Source: Bacilli bacterium (lineage in GTDB: Bacteria; Bacillota_I; Bacilli_A; ML615J-28; CAG-698). From it: a DNA stretch of 64,000 nt. Both the position numbers and the translations under genes were made by a program. The stretch is from contig JBMNLZ010000002.1 in the NCBI GenBank assembly GCA_050953065.1, forward strand, positions 224,001 to 288,000, in the 5' to 3' direction. Shown here in pieces: positions 18,543 through 29,185 of this stretch (position 1 is its first letter; every line of letters begins with the position of its first letter). The notes beneath the pieces are model-generated. The model was not told the DNA's origin and made no database searches. It worked only from the letters and a program-made list of their open reading frames with translations.

Positions 18543-18647
18543 ATCTATCTTAAAATTATAATTATTTTTTAATCAAAATTTATATAAATAAATAAAATAC
18601 CTTTACAAGGATACTTAAACCAGCATCATCTTTACATAATCAATATA

Positions 18648-18679
18648 ATAAAGGCGCCTATATATTAGCGCCTTTTATT
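18648..18679 (-). terminator. Terminator of ispH
   Basis: aaaggcgc / gcgccttt inverted repeat overlapping the stop codon. Confidence 0.6.
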
Positions 18680-19528
18680 TAATTCATCTATTACTTCATC
18701 AACTAAATGTTTGGGAGTACTAGCTCCACTAGTTACTCCAATTGATTTTATATTTGAAAAATCAATTTTATCTAAATCTTTATAATTATCAATTAATTCA
18801 CATCTTGCTTTAGTATTATTAAGACAAACATTTTTTAATTCTTTAGTATTATTACTCATCTTATCTCCAACAATGATAATTAAATCATAAAGCATCCCTG
18901 CTTCAATTACAGCTTTTTGACGTAATTTAGTAGCCGAACAAACTTCTTCTGAATAAATAATATGAGGAAACTTATTCTTTAGTTTTTGATATACTTTTAT
19001 TACATCAAAAGTTGAAAGAGTAGTTTGGTTTGTAAAGAAGATTTTTTGATAATTTAAATTTAAATTATCTAAATTATCTTCTAAAGTAATTAAAGAGATG
19101 TTTTTCTTATTAGAGATGATTCCTTCTGTTTCAGGATGGTTTTTAACTCCAAGATATAAGATGTGATAACCTTCGTTTATTTTTTCTTTTATTAAATTAG
19201 CAGTCTTTAAAACATTAGGACAAGTTGTATCAATATAGTCTAAGTTTTTTTCTTTTAAGATTTCATAAACTCTATCACTTACTCCATGTGCAGTTAGGAT
19301 TACAGTACCTTCATTAATTTCTTTAAGTAAGTTTTCTCTAGTATCACCATGTAATATAATTACACCTTTTTCTTTAAAACTATTGATAACATGAGAATTA
19401 TGAACTAAATCACCAAGCATATAAATAGGTTTTTTAAGATTAGGATTACTTAATGCTTTATTTAAAAGGTTTATGGCATTTACTACTCCAAAACAAAAGC
19501 CTTGAGGTTTTATTTCAAAAATTTTCAT
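18665..19528 (-). CDS. ispH: 4-hydroxy-3-methylbut-2-enyl diphosphate reductase
   Basis: GFCFGV, LVHN, TAHG, DTTCP, HPE, QTT, VCSAT, SGASTP. Confidence 0.96.
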   Translation of the reverse strand: MKIFEIKPQGFCFGVVNAINLLNKALSNPNLKKPIYMLGDLVHNSHVINSFKEKGVIILHGDTRENLLKEINEGTVILTAHGVSDRVYEILKEKNLDYIDTTCPNVLKTANLIKEKINEGYHILYLGVKNHPETEGIISNKKNISLITLEDNLDNLNLNYQKIFFTNQTTLSTFDVIKVYQKLKNKFPHIIYSEEVCSATKLRQKAVIEAGMLYDLIIIVGDKMSNNTKELKNVCLNNTKARCELIDNYKDLDKIDFSNIKSIGVTSGASTPKHLVDEVIDELNKRR

Positions 19529-19645
19529 AAAAAGTCTCCTTTTAAAAGATTTTAACATTACTTTAAATTAAAGTAAATAAATAAAATTAATAGTTTATTT
19601 TTTTAAAATGTTTTGGTATAATTTTTTATGGAAGAGGTATTTTAA

Positions 19646-20518
19646 ATGAAGATAATTGAAAACAAATATTTAAAAGCAAGGATTGCTGTTAAAGGAGCTG
19701 AATTAAAGTCTTTAATCTATAATGATAAAGAATATATTTGGCCAGGCCAAGATGGCATTTGGAATAGAAGTGCTCCACTTCTTTTTCCAATTGTTGGAAG
19801 CTTAAAAGATAAAACAACTTATATTAATTCAAAACCTTACTCAATGTCACAACATGGATTTTTAAGAGACCAAAAATTCTCTTTATTAAAGTGTAAGAAA
19901 AATGAAATAAAATTAGTTAATTTATATGATGATAATACATTAAAGATGTATCCTTTTAAATATAAAGCAGTTGTAACATATAAGCTTTTTGGTAAGAAAA
20001 TTAGAACTCAAATTGAAATCTTTAATTTAGATATGGAAGAGTTACCTTTTAATATTGGTGGACATCCTGGAATAACTTGTCCTATATATAAAAACGAAAC
20101 ATTTGAAGATTATAGTATTATTTTTCAAAAGAAGGAAACATTTAATGCACCTAGTGTAAATGAGAAATCTTTACTGGATTTTGATAAAGTATATTGTTCA
20201 TATGAAAATTTAAAAAAACTACCACTTAAATATTCTTATTTTGATATTGATGCAATTATAATTCCTGAGGTTAAATCTTCAAAAGTAAAATTATTTAATA
20301 AATCAAATAAAGGAATTGAATTTAATTTTCCAAAGTTTAAATCTTTAGCACTTTGGACTGCTCCTAAAAAAGAAGCTAATTATATTTGTTTAGAACCTTG
20401 GATTGGTTATGCTGATAAAGCTAATACTAAACAAAAGTTTATTGAAAAAGATAATATTATTAAATTAAAACAAGCTCAAAAATTTAAAATATATTATGAT
20501 ATTAAAATAGTTGATTAA
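19646..20518 (+). CDS. Aldose 1-epimerase family protein (LacX-like)
   Basis: GAELKS, APLLFPIVG, QHGFLR, GGHPG, ICLEPW. Confidence 0.9.
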   Translation: MKIIENKYLKARIAVKGAELKSLIYNDKEYIWPGQDGIWNRSAPLLFPIVGSLKDKTTYINSKPYSMSQHGFLRDQKFSLLKCKKNEIKLVNLYDDNTLKMYPFKYKAVVTYKLFGKKIRTQIEIFNLDMEELPFNIGGHPGITCPIYKNETFEDYSIIFQKKETFNAPSVNEKSLLDFDKVYCSYENLKKLPLKYSYFDIDAIIIPEVKSSKVKLFNKSNKGIEFNFPKFKSLALWTAPKKEANYICLEPWIGYADKANTKQKFIEKDNIIKLKQAQKFKIYYDIKIVD

Positions 20519-20589
20519 TAATAAAAAGTAGACAATTAAAGGAAAATATAGTATAATACTTATATATATAAAACAAAAGAGGTATAAAA

Positions 20590-21147
20590 ATGATTTCAAG
20601 TAATGAATTTAAAACAGGTGTTACAATTGAATATGATGGGAATATTTTTCAAGTAATAGAATTTCAACATGTAAAGCCTGGAAAAGGACAAGCTTTTGTT
20701 CGTACAAAAATGCGTAATTTAAGAACTGGTGCCACAATCGATTATACATTTAATGCTGGCGAAAAAATGAAAAGAGCTAATATTGAAAAAAAGAAGATGC
20801 AATATTTGTATAATGCAGGAGAGACATATTCTTTTATGGATATGGAAACATATGAACAATTAGATCTACCAAAAGAAAGATTAGAATTTGAAAGAAACTT
20901 TTTATTAGAAGGTATGGAAGTTACAATTATTTCTTTTCAAAATGAAATATTAGGAATAAACTTACCTGAAAAAGTAACTTTAAAAGTTGTTGATTGTCCA
21001 CCAGGAGTTAAAGGAAATACTGCAGCTAATGCAACAAAAGAAGCAATCGTAGAAACAGGTTATAGAGTGTTAGTTCCTCTATTTATAGAAAACGATGATT
21101 TAATTATCATAAGTACTCTTGATGGCAAATACTCTTCAAGAGCTTAA
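20590..21147 (+). CDS. efp: Elongation factor P
   Basis: HVKPGKGQAFVRTK, PGVKGNTA, VPLFI. Confidence 0.98.
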   Translation: MISSNEFKTGVTIEYDGNIFQVIEFQHVKPGKGQAFVRTKMRNLRTGATIDYTFNAGEKMKRANIEKKKMQYLYNAGETYSFMDMETYEQLDLPKERLEFERNFLLEGMEVTIISFQNEILGINLPEKVTLKVVDCPPGVKGNTAANATKEAIVETGYRVLVPLFIENDDLIIISTLDGKYSSRA

Positions 21148-21154
21148 ATATAAG

Positions 21155-21178
21155 AATAGGGAAGCAAATCCCTATTTT
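21155..21178 (+). terminator. Terminator of efp
   Basis: aataggga / tccctatt followed by a T tract. Confidence 0.65.
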
Positions 21179-21220
21179 ATTTTTTAAAAAGCAAGATATT
21201 TTAAAAGGAGGTGAATAGTT

Positions 21221-21745
21221 GTGTTTAAATATAAAAGTAAGAATCAAATAGAAAAACAAGAAATGATGAGGCATTTAAAACTTGTTGAAAAAGATGAATA
21301 CCTATATGTTGTCACAACCGACCCTTCTTTAATTGAAAGTGATAAAATTAATATAGTTTTTTCTAATAAAGATTTACCAATTGTTGAGGACTTAGTTTAT
21401 AAAATTAAAATGGGAGAAAACTATTATATTAATTTAGTCAATGAATCAGGAATTAAAAAAACTAGTGTTAGAGATATTGAATATTTTGAATCACTAGAAA
21501 ATGAAGTTTTCGCTTATGTTGGAAATGAAAAATTTACCGTTATGGAAAAATTATATACAATTGAAAATGAATTAATGGATAAACATTTTATTAGAACATC
21601 AAAATCATTTATCGTTAATATTTTAAAGATTTCAAGAATTAAACCAAAGCTTAATTATAAATTAGAATTAGTGATGATGAATAATGATACAATTGATGTT
21701 AATAGAACATATATGAAAAGTTTTAAAAAGGCTTTAAAAATTTAG
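21221..21745 (+). CDS. LytTR DNA-binding domain protein with no clear receiver domain
   Basis: DIEYFES, KLYTIE, FIRTSKSFIVN, VNRTY. Confidence 0.88.
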   Translation: MFKYKSKNQIEKQEMMRHLKLVEKDEYLYVVTTDPSLIESDKINIVFSNKDLPIVEDLVYKIKMGENYYINLVNESGIKKTSVRDIEYFESLENEVFAYVGNEKFTVMEKLYTIENELMDKHFIRTSKSFIVNILKISRIKPKLNYKLELVMMNNDTIDVNRTYMKSFKKALKI

Positions 21746-23349
21746 GTGAAAAATATGGTTATACATGCAATAATAATTTTTTTAGGATTATTTCTAATTT
21801 CTGTTTTCTTAATGTTTTTTACAAATTATGTAAAAAACATTAATAAAGAACTACAAGCTAAACAAAGATACTTATATATTCAAAATAATACAAAAGTAGT
21901 ACCAAAGAGTGCTTGTGTTTCTTATATATTGTTTTTGCTGTTATTATCAATGATGATAGCTATTGCGATTGCTCCTGAGGATTTAAGTTTTAAAAAAGTT
22001 AGAACTCTTAGTAATCTTAATGATATAATTACTGCTAATTCTTTAGAAAACGAAGATCTTTTAGACCAAAGTATTAGTAGTGTTATTTGTAATATCACAG
22101 GAGAGATTGATCTAACTGTAGAAAATGGCAATAATGTTTATTACATCAAAGAAAATAAAATATTTAAAATAGAATTGATTGAATCTCTTAATTCTTTAAT
22201 GTATACTTTTGAAACAGAATATGAAGTTAAACTATTTAGTTTAGTCAAAGATACATTTTTAATAGTATTAGAAAAAGAATGTTGTGATAGTGCAATTTAT
22301 TTATTTGATGAAGATTTTAATTTATTAAAAGAATTTTATTTTACATGTAAAATAAAAAAACATATCTTCAAAATAATGAATTAATAGTTGTTGGATGTAG
22401 AGGGGTAAGTGAAACTAGTTCATATGAAATAAAAATTAAAGATGAAAAAGAGATTGATTATAATATTGAAATTGGTGATATGTATTATACCAGCAATTCA
22501 ATTATAAAAAAGAATTTATTAATTTTTAAATATAATTTGAAAGCTTCTACATATCAAGCAAGAACTGTTTTAGTTTATGACTTTATGTATGAATTTATAG
22601 ACAATAAAAATTTGTTTTATATTGTTAATGCTAGTTTACAAGGAGATAGTATTAGATATTATACAATTGTAATTGATTATAATTTTTCTTCTTTTAAAAG
22701 AAATAAAGATGTAAAAATTGTTGGTATGGCATATAGTTTTCATCATTTAGATCAAGACATTATTCAAATTCAAACCATAGCTGTTAAGAATGGTAAAAAT
22801 ATTATTAAAAAAATTAGTATTTCTAAAAATTTTAAAATTAAAGAAATTGAAATTTTAGAATTAGAAAAAAATAAAATCGTAGTTGAAAAATTTAATAAAG
22901 CTTTTTTAATTGATACAGAAATAAAAAAAATGCTTGGAGTTGGTGAAATTTATGGTGGTGAGTTTATTTCTGGAACAAATACTTCAGGAGAAAATCTTTA
23001 TAGACGAATCATTGATAACTCGTTAATTGAAATATATGAAACTGATTACCATTATTTGATTAGAAAAATAAATTTATTTACGAATAAAGAAGTAAGTTAT
23101 AGTTTTGGTAAAGCAAATGTTTTAGATATTAAAAGTAAAATTAAAGAAGGACTTACTGGAGGAGTTATTTTTAAGTTAACAGATAATACAATAAAAATTG
23201 TTATTTTTAAAGAAAGTAACGAAGATAATATTTCAATAGAAAAAGATAATGGCATAATTATTTTTACAAGAAATTATATTTTGGTAGAAAACGAAGAAAC
23301 TTTGATATATAATTATTTAGGGGAGCACTTAAAAACTATTAATAAATAG
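21746..23349 (+). pseudogene. Membrane protein (2 TM plus large beta-rich domain) split by a frameshift at an A7 tract
   Basis: ORFs 21746..22384 and 22480..23349. The second frame is open from 22351; adding one A at 22354-22360 gives ..TCKIKKTYLQNNELIVVG.. and a single ORF. Confidence 0.65.
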
Positions 23350-23361
23350 GAGAAGTAAAAA

Positions 23362-24105
23362 ATGATTTTAACGATTGATATTGGAAACACTACCATTACC
23401 TTTGGTGTGTTTGAAAAGGAAAGATTAGTTCATAAGTTTAAACTTTTAACTCATAAAACTTTAAATACTGATAATTATATGTATTTACTTGAAACGAATT
23501 TAGCTGAGTTTAAAGATAAAATTGAAGTAATGGTTTTTTGTAGTGTTGTGCCATCTTTAGATGATATTTTTAAAGCGATTGCCATTAAGATGAATGTTGA
23601 GTGTATAGAAATTACTGTTCAAGATAAAGGCGATTTAAAAATTATGTTAGAGGATGAAACAGAACTAGGTAGTGATATTTTAGTTGGAGTTTTAGCTGCT
23701 ATTAAAAAATATAAAGAGCCTTTGATAGTAATTGATTTAGGAACAGCAATTAGTATGGCTGCAGTTAATGAAAAAAAAGAAATGTTAGGTGGAATTATAA
23801 TGCCTGGTATGGCAACCTCATACAAAGCATTATTTAATAAAGCTGCTAAATTAAATGATGTAGAAATTGCTGTACCTAAAAATGTAATAGGAAAAAATAC
23901 TAAAGAAAGTCTTCAAAGTGGAATGACATATGGTTTTGCTTCTTTACTAGATGGAATGATTAGAAAGGTAAAAAAGCAGATGGGGGAAGCTAAGGTTATT
24001 ATTACTGGTGGGAATGCACTGGATATTATGCATCTTTTTGAAGAAAAGATAATTTATGATGAAAATTTATTATTAGAAGGATTGTTAATGCTAGCAAAAA
24101 AATAA
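23362..24105 (+). CDS. coaX: Type III pantothenate kinase
   Basis: IDIGNT, SVVP, LGSD, IDLGTA, GGIIMPG, TGG. Confidence 0.93.
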   Translation: MILTIDIGNTTITFGVFEKERLVHKFKLLTHKTLNTDNYMYLLETNLAEFKDKIEVMVFCSVVPSLDDIFKAIAIKMNVECIEITVQDKGDLKIMLEDETELGSDILVGVLAAIKKYKEPLIVIDLGTAISMAAVNEKKEMLGGIIMPGMATSYKALFNKAAKLNDVEIAVPKNVIGKNTKESLQSGMTYGFASLLDGMIRKVKKQMGEAKVIITGGNALDIMHLFEEKIIYDENLLLEGLLMLAKK

Positions 24106-24126
24106 AAGATAAAGAAGGTATTTAAA

Positions 24127-25491
24127 ATGAAAGAAATAGAAAATGCCAATTTAGAATTAGTAGAATTAATGAAAGCCTCATCGCAAGATATTTTTGAATA
24201 CCATCCATAGGATATTGCTGTAATTTATCAGGCTTTTGAAGACGAAGAACGTTTAGAGTTTAATCAAAATTTTACGCCAGCAGAATTGGCAAAAATTTAT
24301 GAACACATTGATAGTAAGATTGCTTTAGAATATTTAAGTCAAATGCCGTTGAAGGTTGGAGCTAAAATATTAGAAGAAATGGATATTGAAGAGGCAGTTG
24401 ATATTTTACAACTTTTAGAGGAAGAAGAAGTTTTAAGTTATGTTTCGTTTATCAATAAAGAAACAGCTAAAGAAATAAAAACATTACTTAAGTATGATGA
24501 AGAAGTTGCTGGTTCAATTATGGGGACTAGTTATGTTGAAATTCCAGTTGATTCTTTAGTAAAAGATGCTATGAAAATAATGATTCAAGAAGCTAAAGAT
24601 ACTTCATACATTAATACTTTATATGTAGTTAATAAAAAAGGAGTTTTAGTTGGAGCTTTAGGATTAAAACAATTAATCATTGCTCGTAAAGAAGATAAAA
24701 TTATAGATATTATGACTGAGAAGGTAATCTCAGCTAATGTAATGAGTCAAAAAGAAGATGTTGCATCTTTAATGCAAGACTACGATATTGATGCAATTCC
24801 TATTGTTGATAATAAAAACAATATGTTAGGTATTATCACATTTGATGATATTATGGACGTAATTACTAAGGAATCAGAAGAAGATTATGCGATGTTAGCC
24901 GGTTTAACAAGTGGGGCAATTGAGGCTACTAGAGAAAGTATTTTTTCAGCGGTAAAAAAACGTGTTCCTTGGTTAATGATATTATTAGTACTTAATTTAT
25001 TCACCTCACTAATTATTAGTGGTTTTGAAAAAACTCTTGCAACAATTGGTTTGCTTGCGATGTTTATGCCACTGGTATTAGGAATGGCTGGTAATACTGG
25101 GACTCAAAGTCTAGCTGTTACGATTAGATCTTTATCAGAAGATGCGTTAAAATCAAAAAAAGAAGTTATTAAGCATATTTTAAGAGAAGCTTTAATTGGA
25201 TTTTTTAATGGACTTGTTGTTGGTATAATGGTTTTTTTAATGGCTAATTTAGTCGTTGGTATTACAACTAATGCTTTCTTTACAGCTGAAAACATTAAAA
25301 CAGGAGCTGTAATTGGTGCTAGTATTATGCTTACCTTAGCAGTGTCAACTACTGCTGGAGCGTTGATTCCTGTTGTTTTCAATATGATAAAAATAGATCC
25401 TGCTTTAGCAAGCGGACCACTAATTACAACCATAAATGACATCGTTGCTTTAACAATTTACTTTGGACTAGCTACAATACTTCTTTTATAA
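24127..25491 (+). pseudogene. mgtE: Magnesium transporter MgtE with an in-frame TAG at codon 28
   Basis: ATG 24127 reads ..EYHP*DIA.. (TAG 24208-24210) in frame with ORF 24286..25491; AGSIM, CBS pair, GMAGNTGTQ, DPALASGPLITT. Confidence 0.85.
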
Positions 25492-25520
25492 GACTCAAGG
25501 GGAAACCTTGAGTCTTTTAT
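25489..25520 (+). terminator. Terminator of mgtE
   Basis: aagactcaagg / ccttgagtctt followed by a T tract. Confidence 0.8.
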
Positions 25521-25694
25521 TATCCTTAAACCAAGGTTAAAAAAAGAAGTTTCAAAATCAAAAACGATAGACTTTTAAAGTTCTAAATGCTAGAATAAAT
25601 TGAAGAGTTATGCATATATATTTAAGATAATTATAAAAAATCTTAGGGAAGGAGATTGCATAAATAAGATATTTATGCATCTAAAGTAAGGGGT

Positions 25695-28600
25695 ATGAAA
25701 AGAATATTATTGTTTTTTGTTTTATTAGTAGTAGTAGGACTTGCTGGTTGTATGCAAACTAGTAATGTTACTTTAGAATTTCAAAGTAAGGCGTTTACTC
25801 TTGAAGTAGGTGAAACTGTTCAATTGTTACCAACAATTAAAGGAGCAGAAAGTTATACGGTAGTATACAATTCACTAGATCAAACAATTGTATCTGTTAA
25901 TACTGAAGGACTTTTAACAGCTATTAGTGAAGGTACAACTAAAGTTGTAGCGCGTTTAACGGGTGTTGAAAATATTAGGGTAGATGTTGATGTGACAGTT
26001 ATAAAAGGAACTGGGACTGACACACCAACTCCACCTAGTGAAAACAAAACTTTAAGTTTAGTTGTTGCTAATGGCGATAACAACATGATTCAAGAAGAAA
26101 CAATTCAATTAAGATTATTGAGTGGTGTAAACACTTATGCTGGTCAAATTATTTGGATGTCTGGCAATCCAAGTGTTGCAACAGTATCTCCCACTGGTCT
26201 TGTAACAGCAGTTGCAGCAGGGACTGCAACAATTACAGCGATTGCTGGTAGTGAATTTAAAACAATTCAAATTAATGTTGAAGCTAAAGAACAAATAATA
26301 GTTCCTAATATTGAATCTATAACAATTAGTGGTAGCAGTTTTGTAACTGTTGAACAACAAACTACATTAACTGTAACAGATAATACAGGTAATGTTGCTA
26401 GAGTTATTTGGGTTGCAGATACTCCACATGTAGCAACAATTAATGAAATGGGTGTTGTAACAGGCGTTTCAACTGGTATTGCACAATTTACAGCTAAGGC
26501 TCAAGGTAGCCAAAATATAACAGCTAGTTATATGATGCTTGTAAAAGAAGCAGACAGTAGTGGTGGTGGCAGCAATATAACTTCAATTGAAGTTACAGGT
26601 GTTGCTGAAATATTAACTGGAAATAAAATGAAATTAAATGTAACATATACTCCTTCAACAGAAGCAGCAACTTTTACTTATACATCAACTAATGAATCTG
26701 TAGCAACAGTTGATGCTGCTGGTTGGGTAACAGGAGTTGGTGGTGGTACTGTTCAAATAGTTGTAACTTTAAATGAAGATACTTCTAAGAGTGCAACATA
26801 TACAGTTACAGTAATCCCATTACCAGAAGGAATTACAATTAGTGGTGCTAATAACGTAAGTTATGGACAAAATATATTATTACAAGCTGCGGCTTATCCT
26901 ATTGGAGCAAGTAGTTTAGTTACTTGGACAAGTAGTAATACTGCAATTGCAACAGTTGATGCAAATGGTAGAGTAACAGGTGTTGCAACTGGTTCTGTAA
27001 CAATTACAGCAACTTCAATCGTATCAAGCACAATTAAAGCAACTCATCAAGTTACAGTTAGTGATGCGATGAATATAACATTAAATCCAACAAGTTTATC
27101 AATTGCTGCAGGTGCAAGTCAAACAATTACTGCAACTGTAATTGCAGCATCACTAACAGATAAATCAGTTGTTTGGAGTAGTAGTAATACTAGTGTTGCA
27201 ACAGTAGATGCAAATGGTAAAGTAACTGGTATTGCTCAAGGTAGCGCAACAATTATCGCTAAACTTAATGCTGATAATAGTATTCAAGCTCAAGCAAGTG
27301 TTACTGTTTCTCAAGCAGCAACTCCTTCAATTTCACTTTCAGATTCAAGTATATCAATAATTACTGGTACAACAAAAACTTTAACAGCAACAGTAAGTAA
27401 TACTAGTAATACAAGTGTTACTTGGAGTAGTAGTAATACTGGTGTTGCAACAGTTTCTAATGGTGTTGTAACAGGCGTTGCAGCAGGTAGTGCAACAATT
27501 ACAGCAACTTCAGTTGCTGATACATCAGTAAAAGCAACATGCGCTGTAACAGTAACAGCAGCTCCAGCAGGAACTCTAACAGTAACGCAAAGCCCAACTG
27601 GAACAATTGCAGTTGGAGCAAGTGGTTATCAAATATATGTAGCCGATTCAAGTGGAACAGCTGTTTCAAGACTTGAATGTACATTTACATCAAGTAACTC
27701 AAGTGTTGCAACAGTTTCAGCATATGGAACAATTTCAGCTTTAGCAAATGGCACTGCAACAATTACAGTAACTCATTCAACAAAAGGAACAGGCTCAATT
27801 GTTTTAACAATTGGATCTGGTGGTGGGACAACTCCTCCAGTTAATCCTCCAGCAGGAAGCCTAACAGTAACACAAAGCCCAACTGGAACAATTGCAGTTG
27901 GAGCAAGTGGTTATCAATTATATATTTCAGATTCAAACGGTAGTATCTCAAGAACTGAATGTACATTTACATCAAGTAATAGTAGTGTTGCAACAGTTTC
28001 TTCATACGGAACAATTTCAGCTTTAGCAGCTGGTACTGCAACAATTACAGTATCTCACCCAACAAAAGGAACAGGCTCAATTACTTTAACAGTTGGCGGT
28101 GGTGGCACAACACCTCCTCCATCATCAGGAGCTGATTATCCTCAACATATCATTGTAGATAAAGCAAGTACTTATACTGGTACATTTAGTAATGTTCAAT
28201 TATCAGGTAGTAAATTAGTGTTAAGCAGTGGTGCAACTTCAGGAACTTATACTTCTAAACAATTTTCTAGTGCAATATCGTTTACTAAAATGGTTGGTTC
28301 GTGGTCTGCAACTTACCCTGCTACAAGTGCTACAGTTGAAGTTCAATTTAGATTAAAGATTGGTTCAACTTGGACAAGTTATTTATCTTATAGACAATGG
28401 GCTAAAGGAAAAACAAATTCAGCTGTTGATACATCAGTTAGTGGTGCTAAGATTAGTTGTGATGAAATCTATACAACAGGATCTGCTGCAACAGGCTTCC
28501 AATATACAGTTACACTTAGAAGAGCATCAGCAACTTCTTCAAGCCCTCAATTATCACTGGTTGCTGCAACATTATATAACTCAGGAAGAAACACAGCTTC

Positions 28601-29132
28601 TATTTATGATGTTACACAATATCCTACTTCAAAAGTTTATTCAGTAGAACGTCTATATCAATATAGTGTATCAGGAATTGGTGGTATTATATGTAGTCCT
28701 ACAACTTCAACAATGTTATTGAAATGGAAAGGTGCTACAGCATTTGGTGGATATACTTATCCTCATCAATACATTGCAGGTATTGCATATGATTCAGGTT
28801 CAAAAATTTATGGTAACTGGACATATAACTGTGCAACAATTGGATCTTATGGTTATAATAGTTATGTTAGAATGATGTATTCTTATCAAGAATTAGTAAG
28901 ACATTTAGCATATGTTGGACCAGTTGGTGTAAGTGTACAAGGTACAGTAGCAGGTAGTCAAGGAAGTTATTATACAAACGGACACTTAATGGTTGTTAGA
29001 GGTTATAGTAGAAGTGGTACTTCTGTAACATTTAATATTAACGACCCAGCTAAGAATGTAGCTTATACTATGACATCAACTCAACTTATGAATTGTTGGT
29101 CTGCTAAGAAAGTTGCATATATTGTAGAATAA
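25695..29132 (+). CDS. Surface lipoprotein with multiple Big_2 Ig-like repeats and a C-terminal C39-like cysteine peptidase domain
   Basis: LAGC lipobox; repeated W.SSN.SVATV...G.VTGV..G.ATITA; CSPTT (Cys), YGNW, GHLMVVRG (His), NDPA (Asp). Confidence 0.85.
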   Translation: MKRILLFFVLLVVVGLAGCMQTSNVTLEFQSKAFTLEVGETVQLLPTIKGAESYTVVYNSLDQTIVSVNTEGLLTAISEGTTKVVARLTGVENIRVDVDVTVIKGTGTDTPTPPSENKTLSLVVANGDNNMIQEETIQLRLLSGVNTYAGQIIWMSGNPSVATVSPTGLVTAVAAGTATITAIAGSEFKTIQINVEAKEQIIVPNIESITISGSSFVTVEQQTTLTVTDNTGNVARVIWVADTPHVATINEMGVVTGVSTGIAQFTAKAQGSQNITASYMMLVKEADSSGGGSNITSIEVTGVAEILTGNKMKLNVTYTPSTEAATFTYTSTNESVATVDAAGWVTGVGGGTVQIVVTLNEDTSKSATYTVTVIPLPEGITISGANNVSYGQNILLQAAAYPIGASSLVTWTSSNTAIATVDANGRVTGVATGSVTITATSIVSSTIKATHQVTVSDAMNITLNPTSLSIAAGASQTITATVIAASLTDKSVVWSSSNTSVATVDANGKVTGIAQGSATIIAKLNADNSIQAQASVTVSQAATPSISLSDSSISIITGTTKTLTATVSNTSNTSVTWSSSNTGVATVSNGVVTGVAAGSATITATSVADTSVKATCAVTVTAAPAGTLTVTQSPTGTIAVGASGYQIYVADSSGTAVSRLECTFTSSNSSVATVSAYGTISALANGTATITVTHSTKGTGSIVLTIGSGGGTTPPVNPPAGSLTVTQSPTGTIAVGASGYQLYISDSNGSISRTECTFTSSNSSVATVSSYGTISALAAGTATITVSHPTKGTGSITLTVGGGGTTPPPSSGADYPQHIIVDKASTYTGTFSNVQLSGSKLVLSSGATSGTYTSKQFSSAISFTKMVGSWSATYPATSATVEVQFRLKIGSTWTSYLSYRQWAKGKTNSAVDTSVSGAKISCDEIYTTGSAATGFQYTVTLRRASATSSSPQLSLVAATLYNSGRNTASIYDVTQYPTSKVYSVERLYQYSVSGIGGIICSPTTSTMLLKWKGATAFGGYTYPHQYIAGIAYDSGSKIYGNWTYNCATIGSYGYNSYVRMMYSYQELVRHLAYVGPVGVSVQGTVAGSQGSYYTNGHLMVVRGYSRSGTSVTFNINDPAKNVAYTMTSTQLMNCWSAKKVAYIVE
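27562..28121 (+). repeat. Recent intragenic duplication of one Big_2 unit (~280 bp)
   Basis: 27562-27839 versus 27847-28121, sharing caaagcccaactggaacaattgcagttggagcaagtggttatcaa. Confidence 0.9.
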
Positions 29133-29143
29133 TTAATTAAAAT

Positions 29144-29182
29144 AAAAAGGAATATTTCTTTTAAGAAATATTCCTCTTTTTT
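29144..29182. terminator. Bidirectional terminator
   Basis: aggaatatttctt / aagaaatattcct. Confidence 0.75.
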
Positions 29183-29185
29183 TAT

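Noticed and set aside
11850-18545. Prophage or integrative element
   Set aside because: No integrase, phage structural or conjugation genes, and no flanking att-like direct repeats were found by eye.
24208-24210. Stop-codon reassignment or pyrrolysine at the mgtE TAG; UGA=Trp code
   Set aside because: TAG and TGA terminate many conserved genes at the expected positions (pheS, oppB, rpsF with TAG; oppF, uppP with TGA) and Trp is encoded by TGG.
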